Shown here: in pieces, positions 1 through 10,305 of the stretch
Layout of the letters: every line of letters starts with the position of its first letter
Numbering within the stretch: position 1 is the first letter of the stretch
Assembly (NCBI GenBank): GCA_011911785.1
Contig: GCA_011911785.1_4084.1
Length of the DNA stretch: 64,000 nt
Direction: 5' to 3' (one strand)
Source: a phage
Notes under the pieces: generated by a model
Told to the model about the DNA's origin: nothing
Seen by the model: the letters and a program-made list of their open reading frames with translations, nothing else
Database searches by the model: none
Position numbers and translations under genes: made by a program

Positions 1-76
1 AGATGCCCAATTTTACTTTGACCTTAGTGATTATGATATCATGTTGGATCATATTAATCGTGTAGGAGAATTGTAA
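1..76 (+). CDS. 3' end of upstream gene (partial), C-terminus resembles FQxS-family members
   Basis: Frame from nt 2 reads DAQFYFDLSDYDIMLDHINRVGEL*; FYFDL tail resembles C-termini of 76..579 and 1799..2269; stop overlaps next ATG (TAATG). Confidence 0.5.
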   Translation, partial: DAQFYFDLSDYDIMLDHINRVGEL

Positions 77-579
77 TGCCTGATATTAGCAAACTTAATT
101 ACGATGAGATTGAACAGTACGCAAAAGATATCTACGAAATCTATGATGAATTCAAGAACAATACTACAGCATTTGGTTCAATGTATTCTCGAAAAAAGAG
201 TCTTAACAGGGATAGGAAAAGTTGTTTAACATATACACAGAAATCGGGCGAAATGATGGAAATCTTCTGTGAATCATTTGATGATAGTGAATATAGTGTA
301 GGCATGAATTACCTATCTTACTCAAAAAAAGGTGAAGTTGTAGTAGATTTACGTCTTGAAAATGGTCGTAATAGAAAGAGTAGTATCAATGAAGAAGATG
401 TAAAACTAATTTCTGAAGAAGATTACTTTCAGTTAAGTACTACTATGAATATGTTGGTATTGAATGTCATAACACTCTACGGTTTCCTTCGATATAAGCA
501 TGAAATTGAAACTGACTTCTATTTTGATTTGAATGATTTTGAAGTATGTAAGGGATATCTAAATGGGAAAAGTAGTTGA
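76..579 (+). CDS. hypothetical protein, FQxS-motif paralog family (A)
   Basis: 167 aa ORF; core motif EEDYFQLSTT; tandem with paralogs. Confidence 0.7.
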   Translation: MPDISKLNYDEIEQYAKDIYEIYDEFKNNTTAFGSMYSRKKSLNRDRKSCLTYTQKSGEMMEIFCESFDDSEYSVGMNYLSYSKKGEVVVDLRLENGRNRKSSINEEDVKLISEEDYFQLSTTMNMLVLNVITLYGFLRYKHEIETDFYFDLNDFEVCKGYLNGKSS

Positions 580-901
580 TATTGAGTACATGCACGATGG
601 TGATGAAATTTTCATTGTCCAAAAAGAATGCAAGGCTGGACATTGGGTTATCTTCTCTGTAGAAGAGGATGAATCCATTGTATCTTTTATTTCTACTAAA
701 CACAAAGATACGAATTTAGAACTTCTTTACAATTTAAGTGAAGAAGAACTATTTCAAATGAGCACTGCATTTGAATATGATGTATACGAATTATTAGATG
801 TACAGAATATTTTGTTGGAGTCTCTTCAGAAACTAAAACACAAAGATTTATTTCTGGTTAAATCATTTATGATGCACAAATTTACACTTGAGGTGGATTA
901 A
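563..901 (+). CDS. hypothetical protein, family A
   Basis: 112 aa; motif EEELFQMSTA. Confidence 0.65.
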   Translation: MGKVVDIEYMHDGDEIFIVQKECKAGHWVIFSVEEDESIVSFISTKHKDTNLELLYNLSEEELFQMSTAFEYDVYELLDVQNILLESLQKLKHKDLFLVKSFMMHKFTLEVD

Positions 902-1332
902 TGTATTTTGAAATTATAAAAGTTAAATCAAAGGCTTTACTTAATACAAGATTTCAAACGTATGGTTGCACTCATAGTGTAATGCTGGATGATAATAACG
1001 AATTGTATTATTCTAAAGTAACACAACCAGTACCGGAGAATAAATTCTATATCTATTCTCACAAAGATAACTCACAATATGACATTGAGAATCTCGCTGT
1101 AATGCCACCTGACGAGCTATTTCAGTACAGCTTAGTATGTCCTTACCGTGGTGATATTGACCTTCTCAAGAAGATTCAGGAGGGTTTAATGGACTTTGTG
1201 CCTAAGTCTAGCCCTGAATATTTTTCAACTAATGTAGAGTTTTTAAAGATCGAAAGAGAAATTCCTGATTATATGCTTAGTGATGATGAGTTCTACGATA
1301 AGCATTTCCCAGGAAAAAAATGGAGAGATTAA
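901..1332 (+). CDS. hypothetical protein, family A
   Basis: 143 aa; motif PDELFQYSLV; start overlaps previous stop. Confidence 0.7.
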   Translation: MYFEIIKVKSKALLNTRFQTYGCTHSVMLDDNNELYYSKVTQPVPENKFYIYSHKDNSQYDIENLAVMPPDELFQYSLVCPYRGDIDLLKKIQEGLMDFVPKSSPEYFSTNVEFLKIEREIPDYMLSDDEFYDKHFPGKKWRD

Positions 1333-1802
1333 TGACATTCCAGGAAGATATTGATTTTGCAAAAAAGATTTACAAAATTCATCTTATAATGGAAAGTACT
1401 GAGTTCCAAAATCGTTCATATGTCGATAAGATTAAAAGCTGTGATAAAAGTTCATTTGTCATAAAACTACCTACATTCAAATCCAAAAGAGAGGCCATCT
1501 ACGCTACGATTTATGATGATTCAGAATACAATCTAATGGATTTGTACATGACCTTTACCCCAGGGAATACACTTGTATGTTACTTCCAATGGGAGGAAGA
1601 GACAATTGTACTTGATAATATAGGTTCTTATAAGCCTACTGAAGAGACGCACTTTCAGTTATCTTTGATCTATACAGAAGAAACAGTTCGTGCTATAATG
1701 TTGTATTCATATCTCAATAGTGTAAATGCCAGTGCTTTCTATCTGGATTTAGTACATCTTGAACTTATTGAGGAATTACTTGCAGAGGAACTTTCTCTAT
1801 GA
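1320..1802 (+). CDS. hypothetical protein, family A
   Basis: 160 aa; motif EETHFQLSLI. Confidence 0.7.
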   Translation: MERLMTFQEDIDFAKKIYKIHLIMESTEFQNRSYVDKIKSCDKSSFVIKLPTFKSKREAIYATIYDDSEYNLMDLYMTFTPGNTLVCYFQWEEETIVLDNIGSYKPTEETHFQLSLIYTEETVRAIMLYSYLNSVNASAFYLDLVHLELIEELLAEELSL

Positions 1803-2269
1803 TAGAATCCGAAGAGTTAGTACTGGATGGTCACGTTATCCGATACGATTCATATGCGGCGTGTATTGATTTTGCAAAGATTTTGATGAAGATTTATCAT
1901 GCTGGTAATAATGGTAAATTTGACAAAGTGTTTGAAAAATCATTTACTCATAATGCATGGTATTACGCTGGTACTGAAGTTTTAAACATAGGGGAATCAG
2001 TGTGTGATAATGAATCATTCATGAGCTTTGATTACTATTATATTCAGTACCATTCATACCTTGATAAAATTTGTGTTCATGACAGTGATTTTAAAGTATT
2101 ACCTTCATATATTGAAATATGTAATGAAGAGATGTACTTTCAAAACTCATTATTATATACAAGTAATATACTTTTACTATCTGTGATTGTAACATACTTA
2201 AGAAGCGAAGGACTTAATTCCTTTTATATTGATTTGGATTTCTTTAATACATTTTTGGAACATTTATAA
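1799..2269 (+). CDS. hypothetical protein, family A
   Basis: 156 aa; motif EEMYFQNSLL; ATGA overlap with upstream gene. Confidence 0.7.
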   Translation: MIESEELVLDGHVIRYDSYAACIDFAKILMKIYHAGNNGKFDKVFEKSFTHNAWYYAGTEVLNIGESVCDNESFMSFDYYYIQYHSYLDKICVHDSDFKVLPSYIEICNEEMYFQNSLLYTSNILLLSVIVTYLRSEGLNSFYIDLDFFNTFLEHL

Positions 2270-2278
2270 AGGTGCTAT

Positions 2279-2785
2279 ATGTCGAGGAAACTATCAGAAC
2301 TAATAAAGTTCGCAAAGGATTGTCTTGATACAATAACTTATTTGTACGTTAATGAAGTTAATTTGCATAGATATTTCGCTATCCATCACAGTACTGAATC
2401 GTCTTTCAATATTCGTCACGGTGCTCATAGTATATATTTTCATACTAAAGCTGAAGATCGTCTGGCTCATTCTATGTTTGAGAAAGGTAAAACGGACTAT
2501 ATTCTATTTCGTTCAGATGGTTCTGATATAAAATATATCGCTCACCAAAGAGGAAAAGCCCAATTTATTAATCATATACTTCCGTACATTACGGATTTAA
2601 CGGATGAAAATTATTTCCAAAATTCATTAATTTACAATGACTCTGAACTTAAAGCAATGTTTATTCTATCGTACTTTAAAAAATATAGTGAGTTTCAGAG
2701 AATTAGTTTTGAATTTGCTTCAATGAAGCACTTTATTAAACAGGTAAGGATTTTAAAAAATGCTGACAAACGAAACAATAGATAA
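2279..2785 (+). CDS. hypothetical protein, family A
   Basis: 168 aa; motif DENYFQNSLI. Confidence 0.7.
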   Translation: MSRKLSELIKFAKDCLDTITYLYVNEVNLHRYFAIHHSTESSFNIRHGAHSIYFHTKAEDRLAHSMFEKGKTDYILFRSDGSDIKYIAHQRGKAQFINHILPYITDLTDENYFQNSLIYNDSELKAMFILSYFKKYSEFQRISFEFASMKHFIKQVRILKNADKRNNR

Positions 2786-3374
2786 AATCAGTCAGATAAG
2801 TTTAGAACTAATTCGTATTCATGAATTTGCATGGCGTCTAACAAATCGTGTTATTTCATTTCATACCAGTACTGAACAAAATTCTACATACAAATTTGAC
2901 CGTGGTGACAAATGGTTTGATTTAATGGATGAAAATTGTAAAGCTATCATCTGCGTAAGAACAGAATTGACCGACCACAACAGAGAAAGAGATTTAGATA
3001 TATATATGCCCGGTTCTTATATTTGTATCTCAAGAAGCGATGGTATTTTTATTAGTTCATCTGGACTTAATTATCTTAATAAAGTCTACATTGATATGGA
3101 TGAAGAAGAAGAATACTATGTCACAACACATGAACCTGAATTTCTGGATATTCCAGATGATGATGTACTCGACGAAACATTGTTTCAGTACTCATTAATT
3201 CACAACGCCTGTGTTATTGATGCTATTAAATTTTGTAAAAATCTATCCCCTAAATTACCATTAACAAAGTATATCAAATTAGAACCTGAAATATTCAAAG
3301 AACAGGACTGGGATGGGTTATTACTTAAATTAAAAAGTATTACTGAAGAAAACATATGTACAATTGGGGATTAA
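2760..3374 (+). CDS. hypothetical protein, family A
   Basis: 204 aa; motif DETLFQYSLI. Confidence 0.7.
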   Translation: MLTNETIDKISQISLELIRIHEFAWRLTNRVISFHTSTEQNSTYKFDRGDKWFDLMDENCKAIICVRTELTDHNRERDLDIYMPGSYICISRSDGIFISSSGLNYLNKVYIDMDEEEEYYVTTHEPEFLDIPDDDVLDETLFQYSLIHNACVIDAIKFCKNLSPKLPLTKYIKLEPEIFKEQDWDGLLLKLKSITEENICTIGD

Positions 3375-3378
3375 TTGA

Positions 3379-4011
3379 ATGAGTACAAAAAGAAAACCAA
3401 TTTCAAAGTACGTGTTTCATCGCCTAGAGTATAAGCACTGCATTGCGTATGCACGAGCATTAACAGACATATTACCACGTCTGAAGGATGATAAGTTCCT
3501 TGAATGTTATGACATGCGTTTTCATAACAATGTTCTTGAGTACATAGAATCAGATGATAGTGAGTTGAATGAAGTATGGCTTGATTTCAGTCCTAGTGGT
3601 TTAGATAAAAATAGAGTTGGGAACTTGGGTCTATTTTATACGCACTGCTTGAACTTCGATTTGTCAGATAAAACATTAGTACTGGATAGTAATGAGGTAC
3701 TTAGATTGAACCTCAATGTTATGGATTATTCAGAAGAAGCATTCTTTCAAAATAGTTTAATATATGAACCGAATGATTTATTATATACTATTGTTTTCCC
3801 ATATCTACATGAGCACCTTAAAGGTACTACAGTTCAAAGAGCAGACATTACCTTTAGTTTAGTAAATTTATTCAAGTACAGTGACGTATTCAAAGAAATA
3901 TGTATTGAAGGCGGTTACTTCGATGACCTTGCTGATTTGAATAACATGGCGTTTGAAAATGATAATTATTTTAACGATACCTATATAGGCGGTTCAAGGA
4001 TAATGAAATGA
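3379..4011 (+). CDS. hypothetical protein, family A
   Basis: 210 aa; motif EEAFFQNSLI. Confidence 0.7.
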   Translation: MSTKRKPISKYVFHRLEYKHCIAYARALTDILPRLKDDKFLECYDMRFHNNVLEYIESDDSELNEVWLDFSPSGLDKNRVGNLGLFYTHCLNFDLSDKTLVLDSNEVLRLNLNVMDYSEEAFFQNSLIYEPNDLLYTIVFPYLHEHLKGTTVQRADITFSLVNLFKYSDVFKEICIEGGYFDDLADLNNMAFENDNYFNDTYIGGSRIMK

Positions 4012-4559
4012 GTCTACCATTAACAATAAACCCAGTACTAAAAGATCTATCTAAAGTTATTATTAACTTTTTTCCTATTGTACTACAAGATATAAAACCT
4101 ATATCAAATCTTGGTTCATGTTATATTCGACACAGTAATAATAAAAACGGTTCTATAGGTACTTTGTACATTAGTGATAGTTCATTGTTTCTTTTGCACC
4201 CTGAGTTATCAGATGAAGAAATTGCAGATGGTTGTTCGGAGGCACAGAATCGTGTACTCACACGTTATCCATATGTGTACATAAGCAGCATTAAACATAA
4301 AAATCTTGCTAATAACTTTTGCCAATGCAATCACGGTGATAACTTAATAGATTTAAATGTTGACGATGGGGTGCTTTTCCAGTACAGTACTCTATATGAT
4401 CAGTTAACAATGGATATCATCGAGTTGGATAAGCTAGTGCGTGATTACATCCCTGATGGTTTCTATCTTACAATGGATCTTAATGTACTGAATTCTGTAA
4501 TGGAACAAGGCACTCTACCAAACATTCTGAGAGACTTACGAGCATTTAAAAGACCCTGA
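4008..4559 (+). CDS. hypothetical protein, family A
   Basis: 183 aa; motif DGVLFQYSTL; followed by terminator hairpin. Confidence 0.7.
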   Translation: MSLPLTINPVLKDLSKVIINFFPIVLQDIKPISNLGSCYIRHSNNKNGSIGTLYISDSSLFLLHPELSDEEIADGCSEAQNRVLTRYPYVYISSIKHKNLANNFCQCNHGDNLIDLNVDDGVLFQYSTLYDQLTMDIIELDKLVRDYIPDGFYLTMDLNVLNSVMEQGTLPNILRDLRAFKRP

Positions 4560-4571
4560 TGGGTCTTTTTT
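4551..4571 (+). terminator. rho-independent terminator
   Basis: Hairpin AGACCC-TGAT-GGGTCT followed by TTTTT; stop codon of upstream gene in loop. Confidence 0.6.
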
Positions 4572-4581
4572 CGTTTATAGG

Positions 4582-4610
4582 TTGACATTAGTAATGTAGA
4601 GTGTTAGAAT
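4582..4610 (+). promoter_or_regulatory. sigma70-like early promoter
   Basis: TTGACA (4582-4587), 17-nt spacer, TAGAAT (4605-4610); about 30 nt upstream of ATG at 4642. Confidence 0.6.
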
Positions 4611-4641
4611 ATTGTAACCTATTTAAAAGAGAGCGTATTTT

Positions 4642-5190
4642 ATGGATAGCATTGTAAATATTATTGAATGCATGATTTATATTTTTAAAAACAGTCCTGA
4701 TAATAAGACTGTTAATTTTGAGTTAGGTGAATTAAATATCAACCCAAAAGAATCTCCATCAGTATATTCTAATATTACATTGTTCATTAGTGGTTTAGGT
4801 TATGTCGTAAAGATCATTAATGCAACACAACGTAGACAAGAATACAAGATGGAAATTCTACGCGGAGATAGTGAAATTCGTCTATATAATGTATCACGCT
4901 ACACTAAGATACTGGTAAAACATTCTTATGAAGATGACGAGAAGTTAGCTGTAGCTAAAATTGATTCAAACACTTTCAAAGAACAAATGTTCATGGCTGC
5001 TATGTCATATGATCAATTAACTTATAATAAGCTAGAAATGGGTTATAAATTACTTAGGTTATTAGAAGATCATTATGAAATTACAATTATGGACAAATTG
5101 CTTACCAAAAGCCAAGAGGAACTAGAGAAAATGCATTTGTTATTAAAAAAATATATTGATGATAATTTAAATTATGGAGAAGTACGTTGA
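4642..5190 (+). CDS. hypothetical protein (possibly divergent family A)
   Basis: 182 aa ORF; degenerate motif [10 protein letters not shown] where others have FQxS. Confidence 0.6.
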   Translation: MDSIVNIIECMIYIFKNSPDNKTVNFELGELNINPKESPSVYSNITLFISGLGYVVKIINATQRRQEYKMEILRGDSEIRLYNVSRYTKILVKHSYEDDEKLAVAKIDSNTFKEQMFMAAMSYDQLTYNKLEMGYKLLRLLEDHYEITIMDKLLTKSQEELEKMHLLLKKYIDDNLNYGEVR

Positions 5191-6599
5191 AAAGTAATTT
5201 AGAAAATATACGCAAAAAAGCCGATAATTTAGTACTATGTTGTATAGGGGCTTTATTTGCTGTTACTTTAGTTTCCGGTGTTGTTCATGGTAGTTTTATT
5301 ATTGCACTAATCGGTGCAGTTTTATTATTAGTAATGCTAACTCCTTTACTATTTGTTGAAAGTAATGCGTTCACTCGAACGTTGTTAAGTATAAATGTGA
5401 TGTGCTGGAGTGCGTTACTAATACATCTTGGCTTAGGGATGGTGGAATGGCACTTTACAGTTTTTGTCTTTTTAAGTTTATTGATTGTATGGCGTGACTG
5501 GCGTTGTGTATTAGCAGGTTCAGTACTGATTGCTATACATCATTTATTATTTGGATTGTTACAGGGTGCTGGAATTCCAATATTATTCGTGTTTTCTTTT
5601 CACCATATTTCGTTATGGCACATTATAGAGCACGCAATATATGTAGTAGTACAGGCAATAGTTCTGATGTACGTAGCGTACATTATGGAGAAAGATGCAA
5701 ATGAAGCAGATGAAATTCAACGAATTGCAAGATCAGTGAATTCTGAAGACGGCAATATTACTTTAGAAATACAAAATAATCATTTCAACTCCGAATTTGC
5801 ACAGACTTTTAGTAAAACAATATCAGCTATGCGTGAGGCAATTGAACAAGTACAAATTACAGTTCAGTCAATGAAAAGCAACTCCTATCATCTCGAAAGT
5901 AAAAGTAATGATTTAGCTTTCAGAACTGAAACACAAGGACAGGCACTTACTCAAATCGCTGCTGCTATGGAAGAATTAAGTGCTACATCTGCAAATACAT
6001 CTGATAACTCCAATACTGCAAAAAGTATGGTTAAAACTACAAAAGAATCCAGTACTAATGCAATTGAAAGTATCAATAATTGCAAAGAGCAGATGGATAG
6101 AATTAAAGAAGATTCTAATGCTATAGTTGCTATACTCAAAAATATAGAAACTATTGCTTTCCAGACTAATATTCTTTCTTTAAATGCCAGTATTGAAGCT
6201 GCTAAAGCTGGTGAACATGGTCGTGGATTCTCTGTTGTTGCACAGGAAGTTCGTAACTTAGCAATGAAATGTGATGCATGTAGTAAAGAAATTAAAGAAA
6301 TCGTTGATAACTCCGTAAAAAACAACAACCAAGGAATAGAACAAATCAACGAAACTGCAAGTGATATTGATTCTATTGTAAAAAATGTTGATTCACTCTT
6401 GCAGTTCATTGATGATTTAGCTATAATGGCTGAACAACAAAGCATTGCAATCCTTCAGGTTACCGAGAGTGTTAATATGATGGACCGTTCAGTACAGCAA
6501 AATGCGGAGCATGTAAAGGACACAATGATGATGGTAGACAATCAACAGTCTGAAGTACATGCTTTACAAAAAGCCACTTCGATTTTTAACGTGAAATAA
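5187..6599 (+). CDS. membrane protein with methyl-accepting chemotaxis protein (MCP) signalling domain
   Basis: 470 aa; TTG start overlapping upstream stop; N-terminal hydrophobic His-rich helices; C-terminal region [37 protein letters not shown] matches MCP highly conserved domain. Confidence 0.85.
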   Translation: MKSNLENIRKKADNLVLCCIGALFAVTLVSGVVHGSFIIALIGAVLLLVMLTPLLFVESNAFTRTLLSINVMCWSALLIHLGLGMVEWHFTVFVFLSLLIVWRDWRCVLAGSVLIAIHHLLFGLLQGAGIPILFVFSFHHISLWHIIEHAIYVVVQAIVLMYVAYIMEKDANEADEIQRIARSVNSEDGNITLEIQNNHFNSEFAQTFSKTISAMREAIEQVQITVQSMKSNSYHLESKSNDLAFRTETQGQALTQIAAAMEELSATSANTSDNSNTAKSMVKTTKESSTNAIESINNCKEQMDRIKEDSNAIVAILKNIETIAFQTNILSLNASIEAAKAGEHGRGFSVVAQEVRNLAMKCDACSKEIKEIVDNSVKNNNQGIEQINETASDIDSIVKNVDSLLQFIDDLAIMAEQQSIAILQVTESVNMMDRSVQQNAEHVKDTMMMVDNQQSEVHALQKATSIFNVK

Positions 6600-6605
6600 T
6601 TTTAA

Positions 6606-6632
6606 AGCCAGGGTATTGACTCTGGCTTTTTT
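6606..6632 (+). terminator. rho-independent terminator
   Basis: Stem AGCCAG/CTGGCT followed by TTTTTT just after MCP-like gene stop. Confidence 0.55.
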
Positions 6633-6672
6633 CTTTGCTATTATTTTAATATTATTTAACCGAGGATATCAT

Positions 6673-7227
6673 ATGGACAATTACCTATTAATCTTACAAA
6701 TTTACAACGAACTGGGAAAACTTCTTGAAACGTGTAATTCACAGGGACGTAAATTAAGAATCGGTTTCGATTATGAAATTGAATACACAGGAGAGGGTAT
6801 TGCAACGCAGCAGATGTTCACAGAAGAAAATAAAACTATTCTGTGCGTTTACCCACATGAAGGTGATGAGGAAGACTGTGTTGTTGATTTTTCATATGAC
6901 AGTTCTTGGGCTTTTATTTCACGTAATCCTCGAATGAAAGAGGCAGTGGATTACAAAGAACCATCATATGATCCTATTGCGTTGTTCAGTACTGAGAATT
7001 TAGAAGAACAAAATTTCCAGAGTTCTGTAACTCACGATAAATTAATCACTGATGCACTTACGATTGAAGCTTTAGCACGTAACTATAAATTTGATTTCAA
7101 TCTCAATAATTATTATATGTCATATAGTGCAACAGCATCATTACTCACTGATGATCAATTAGTAGTATTACTCAAGGACTTGAAAAACTACGCACAAACG
7201 AGAAAAGAACATGAAAACACTAATTGA
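6673..7227 (+). CDS. hypothetical protein, family A
   Basis: Start moved to ATG 6673 (GAGGA RBS upstream, after terminator); motif EEQNFQSSVT. Confidence 0.65.
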   Translation: MDNYLLILQIYNELGKLLETCNSQGRKLRIGFDYEIEYTGEGIATQQMFTEENKTILCVYPHEGDEEDCVVDFSYDSSWAFISRNPRMKEAVDYKEPSYDPIALFSTENLEEQNFQSSVTHDKLITDALTIEALARNYKFDFNLNNYYMSYSATASLLTDDQLVVLLKDLKNYAQTRKEHENTN

Positions 7228-7783
7228 TATTTTTAAAGTACTAGAAGAACTTACTCATAAGTTAGATGAACAAAAAAGAACTGAGAATATTTTTCATTAC
7301 TTCAACAATCCAATGTACCGATTAGTTTTTGATTGCAGTACTTTGTATCGTTATGCTAATATCCAAATACAACACTGCATTCAACATAAAACCAAAAATA
7401 TATGGTCAGTTGATGCTTCTTATGTGGCATCAGGCAGAGAGAGTAAATTTTTGGGTTCAGTTTCTGATTGTAGTCTTACTGTGAATAAACTCAAAGAAAC
7501 TAACGAATTAATCGTCAGAAATTTGTACGATGATTATTATGATGATGAAGAATATCTTCATATTGCACCTGAGCTACAAAATCCAGAAGAGCGAGAAGCA
7601 TATCTTTTCCAGTTGTCGTTGCTCCCAGGTTATGATATGATAGCTAAAGCTGATTTTGTATATCAACTATCAATGCAACTTGGTAGTGGGGAGTGTTCTG
7701 CTTTCAATAATCTATACAATGAAAGTACTGAAACACAAGAAGAATTATTGGAGGAATTAAATGCCTTTCTCAAATCTTTATAA
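7211..7783 (+). CDS. hypothetical protein, family A
   Basis: 190 aa; motif EAYLFQLSLL. Confidence 0.7.
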   Translation: MKTLIDIFKVLEELTHKLDEQKRTENIFHYFNNPMYRLVFDCSTLYRYANIQIQHCIQHKTKNIWSVDASYVASGRESKFLGSVSDCSLTVNKLKETNELIVRNLYDDYYDDEEYLHIAPELQNPEEREAYLFQLSLLPGYDMIAKADFVYQLSMQLGSGECSAFNNLYNESTETQEELLEELNAFLKSL

Positions 7784-8339
7784 TTACATGTCCGAAGAGT
7801 ATCAATATTACACTAAGATGGTTTTGAAAGTGAATGCTATTCTTAATAGTGATTTATGTAAAACTAAAAAGACATTTAATCTCCCATATATGCGTTTGAC
7901 GATTACTAAAGACCAGGAAGGTATGTATGATCATGCAGTAGTTTCGATGAATGATCTACGTGTCTTTCTGATAATTAAGTACAATAAAGAAGATTTAACC
8001 AACAACGATGGGTACATTAACTACGATTATATTATTGGAGGAAATGCTGAAGTTCCAGGGACAAGTGAATTTGCAGGGATTGTTATTTCAGGTAAAAAAA
8101 TTCCAAAGATTAATCTTAACAGTAGTACTATAGAAGAAGAACTATTCCAGTTAAGTACTATGTACAGTACTAACGAATTGGATTTATTACTTTTCAGTAC
8201 AATCGTCAATCATGAACTGGATAAGAAAGACAAATACTGTCCATTACAACAAATTGTTCATCGTTTTAAACGTAGTGAATTTAAAAGAATTCATGAAGGT
8301 CTGGACAGTCTTATCAACAATACTGGGGAGTTCTCATGA
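7761..8339 (+). CDS. hypothetical protein, family A
   Basis: 192 aa; motif EEELFQLSTM. Confidence 0.7.
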   Translation: MPFSNLYNYMSEEYQYYTKMVLKVNAILNSDLCKTKKTFNLPYMRLTITKDQEGMYDHAVVSMNDLRVFLIIKYNKEDLTNNDGYINYDYIIGGNAEVPGTSEFAGIVISGKKIPKINLNSSTIEEELFQLSTMYSTNELDLLLFSTIVNHELDKKDKYCPLQQIVHRFKRSEFKRIHEGLDSLINNTGEFS

Positions 8340-8896
8340 AATATAGTCTTTACAGTAGAGGAAAGTTTCTTGAGAAGTTCATTGAAGATTGTGTAGCTGC
8401 ACTGAGTTTAATTCGTGAAGGTGAATACATTAAAGTCAATCACACTGTACTAAGAGATCTTAATTTTTTTCTGAGTGGTGATTTGAATAATGATATGCAC
8501 TTCACAATAACGTACAACCACAAAGATATCATTGAAATCAATACACAACAACGACACATAAAAGAATACACCCGATTACGCAATACCAAGACAAAGCGTG
8601 TAGTAATTAAAAAAGGTGATGTAGAGTTGATGTGTAAAGATAGTACTGCAATAGATATCAGTACTTACTTCGATAATGAAGAAGATATGGATTGTGATTG
8701 CTTCCAGAAGAGTTTAATTATTGATGATCCGTATGTACTGTACGGTGCAGTACTGGCTCCGTTCTGTCAGAAGAACTTACCAGATGGATGTACGGTTGAA
8801 TTGAACTTGACAGAACTCATGAATGATGATATATTTGAGTACATGAGTACTAACTCCAAGGCAATGATTGAACATATTAAGGCAATCCAATGTTAA
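8336..8896 (+). CDS. hypothetical protein, family A
   Basis: 186 aa; motif CDCFQKSLII. Confidence 0.65.
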   Translation: MKYSLYSRGKFLEKFIEDCVAALSLIREGEYIKVNHTVLRDLNFFLSGDLNNDMHFTITYNHKDIIEINTQQRHIKEYTRLRNTKTKRVVIKKGDVELMCKDSTAIDISTYFDNEEDMDCDCFQKSLIIDDPYVLYGAVLAPFCQKNLPDGCTVELNLTELMNDDIFEYMSTNSKAMIEHIKAIQC

Positions 8897-9375
8897 ATCC
8901 AGAAGACGTTATTAAATTTTGTAAAATTCTTGTGAAGTATTCTCATAAATTTGTGCACGAAGTACAGATAATGATTGATGGTATTCCATTTAACTTCGTG
9001 AAAAACAACGACATTATATCTGTGTTCTGTGGCTCATGGACATTTTGTGAACTCAACTGTCAAGAATCTCAAAATGTTATTGTGAAACGAAACATGATCC
9101 TATCAAGGGAAAGTTCAGTATTCATTGAACCAAGTGGTGAAATCATATACGAGAAAAAGAACGGCGACAGAACTTTAGATGATTTTATGGCTGAATTGAG
9201 CCTTGATAATGAGTTTCATAGAAATGCAGTACTGATACATAGTGCTATGGTGCATGAAACTAATTTAAATTCTATATCAATTAATTTCGGTGTTTATTCT
9301 TATTACAAATTTACATTTGATATGATATTTCAAACACTTAACAAACATCCTATATTCTGGAAATGCAATGAATAA
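8890..9375 (+). CDS. hypothetical protein (possibly divergent family A)
   Basis: 161 aa; degenerate motif DFMAELSLD. Confidence 0.55.
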   Translation: MLNPEDVIKFCKILVKYSHKFVHEVQIMIDGIPFNFVKNNDIISVFCGSWTFCELNCQESQNVIVKRNMILSRESSVFIEPSGEIIYEKKNGDRTLDDFMAELSLDNEFHRNAVLIHSAMVHETNLNSISINFGVYSYYKFTFDMIFQTLNKHPIFWKCNE

Positions 9376-9826
9376 AGACGATTACGAATTACTGAAAAAG
9401 TTAATCCAGTACTGCCTCAATGAACTGGATAATGGTAAAGCTCGAAAATCAGGTTCATGGTTTGATGTAAGCTATCCATCAGACGGCGATGATATGATGA
9501 CATTATGGTCAAATGAAAGATACATTGATTATAGTGTAATGGATAATACTACTATAGATTATGTCAATGACAATGTATGGTATTTCAATACACAGTTAAT
9601 CATTGATATTAAAAGTATAGATTTAAGTACTGAGATTGATGAAGCAACCATATTTCAATTAAGTACTTTGTATTCTGATGAAGTGATATATCCGTTATTA
9701 CTTCTCCTACAGTTGAGAGCCATTGCAGCGGAACGTGGTTTCACATCCATATCATTTGCTCATGACATTGATGTACGAAGAGCAGAAATTACAAAATTAG
9801 TTGAGGGATATGATGGAACACTTTAG
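9368..9826 (+). CDS. hypothetical protein, family A
   Basis: 152 aa; motif EATIFQLSTL. Confidence 0.7.
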   Translation: MNKDDYELLKKLIQYCLNELDNGKARKSGSWFDVSYPSDGDDMMTLWSNERYIDYSVMDNTTIDYVNDNVWYFNTQLIIDIKSIDLSTEIDEATIFQLSTLYSDEVIYPLLLLLQLRAIAAERGFTSISFAHDIDVRRAEITKLVEGYDGTL

Positions 9827-10304
9827 TACTAAAGACTTTGTGGAATTGCATAAAATTCTTGAAGAAAAATATATCAATGAACAATATGGTCGATTCGAAC
9901 TGGCTCCAGATATTATTCTTAAAATACAAAAAGATGGTATGATCCGAGTTGTATTTGAGCAGAAAAGAGGTTTAGACCATGACATTTTCATGCTCTTTGA
10001 TAGCAATAGTCCTATCTATGATGCACCAAGCTTCGATACAAGCACCATTGGTTCACAATCCGCAGTCTTTCATCCAGGAACTACTGTTGTAAAAATCGAT
10101 GGTGTAGATTGCAACATGCGACCTGTATCATTGGATGAAATTGATGAAGTTGAATTTCAGAACAGTACTGTGAATAATTATAGTGCAATGTTCACCTACA
10201 TGTGCTATCTTAACAGTACTTGTTGCAAATTTCTTATGTACACATCGTATGTAAATGAAGATGAAGTACTACACTATGTATTGAAAAAACTAAGAGAATT
10301 ATGA
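9801..10304 (+). CDS. hypothetical protein, family A
   Basis: 167 aa; motif DEVEFQNSTV. Confidence 0.7.
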   Translation: MRDMMEHFSTKDFVELHKILEEKYINEQYGRFELAPDIILKIQKDGMIRVVFEQKRGLDHDIFMLFDSNSPIYDAPSFDTSTIGSQSAVFHPGTTVVKIDGVDCNMRPVSLDEIDEVEFQNSTVNNYSAMFTYMCYLNSTCCKFLMYTSYVNEDEVLHYVLKKLREL

Positions 10305-10305
10305 T

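Noticed and set aside
4642-5190. Strict membership of ORFs 4642..5190 and 8890..9375 in family A
   Set aside because: The FQxS core is degenerate ([16 protein letters not shown]); listed as possibly divergent rather than counted as clear members.
5951-6445. Minus-strand ORF (164 aa) inside the MCP-like gene; similar antisense ORFs at 14981..15364, 15374..15646, 45986..46483, 48085..48399, 55886..56242
   Set aside because: They lie antisense to longer, motif-supported genes, are hydrophobic or low-complexity, and lack RBS; judged to be shadow ORFs.
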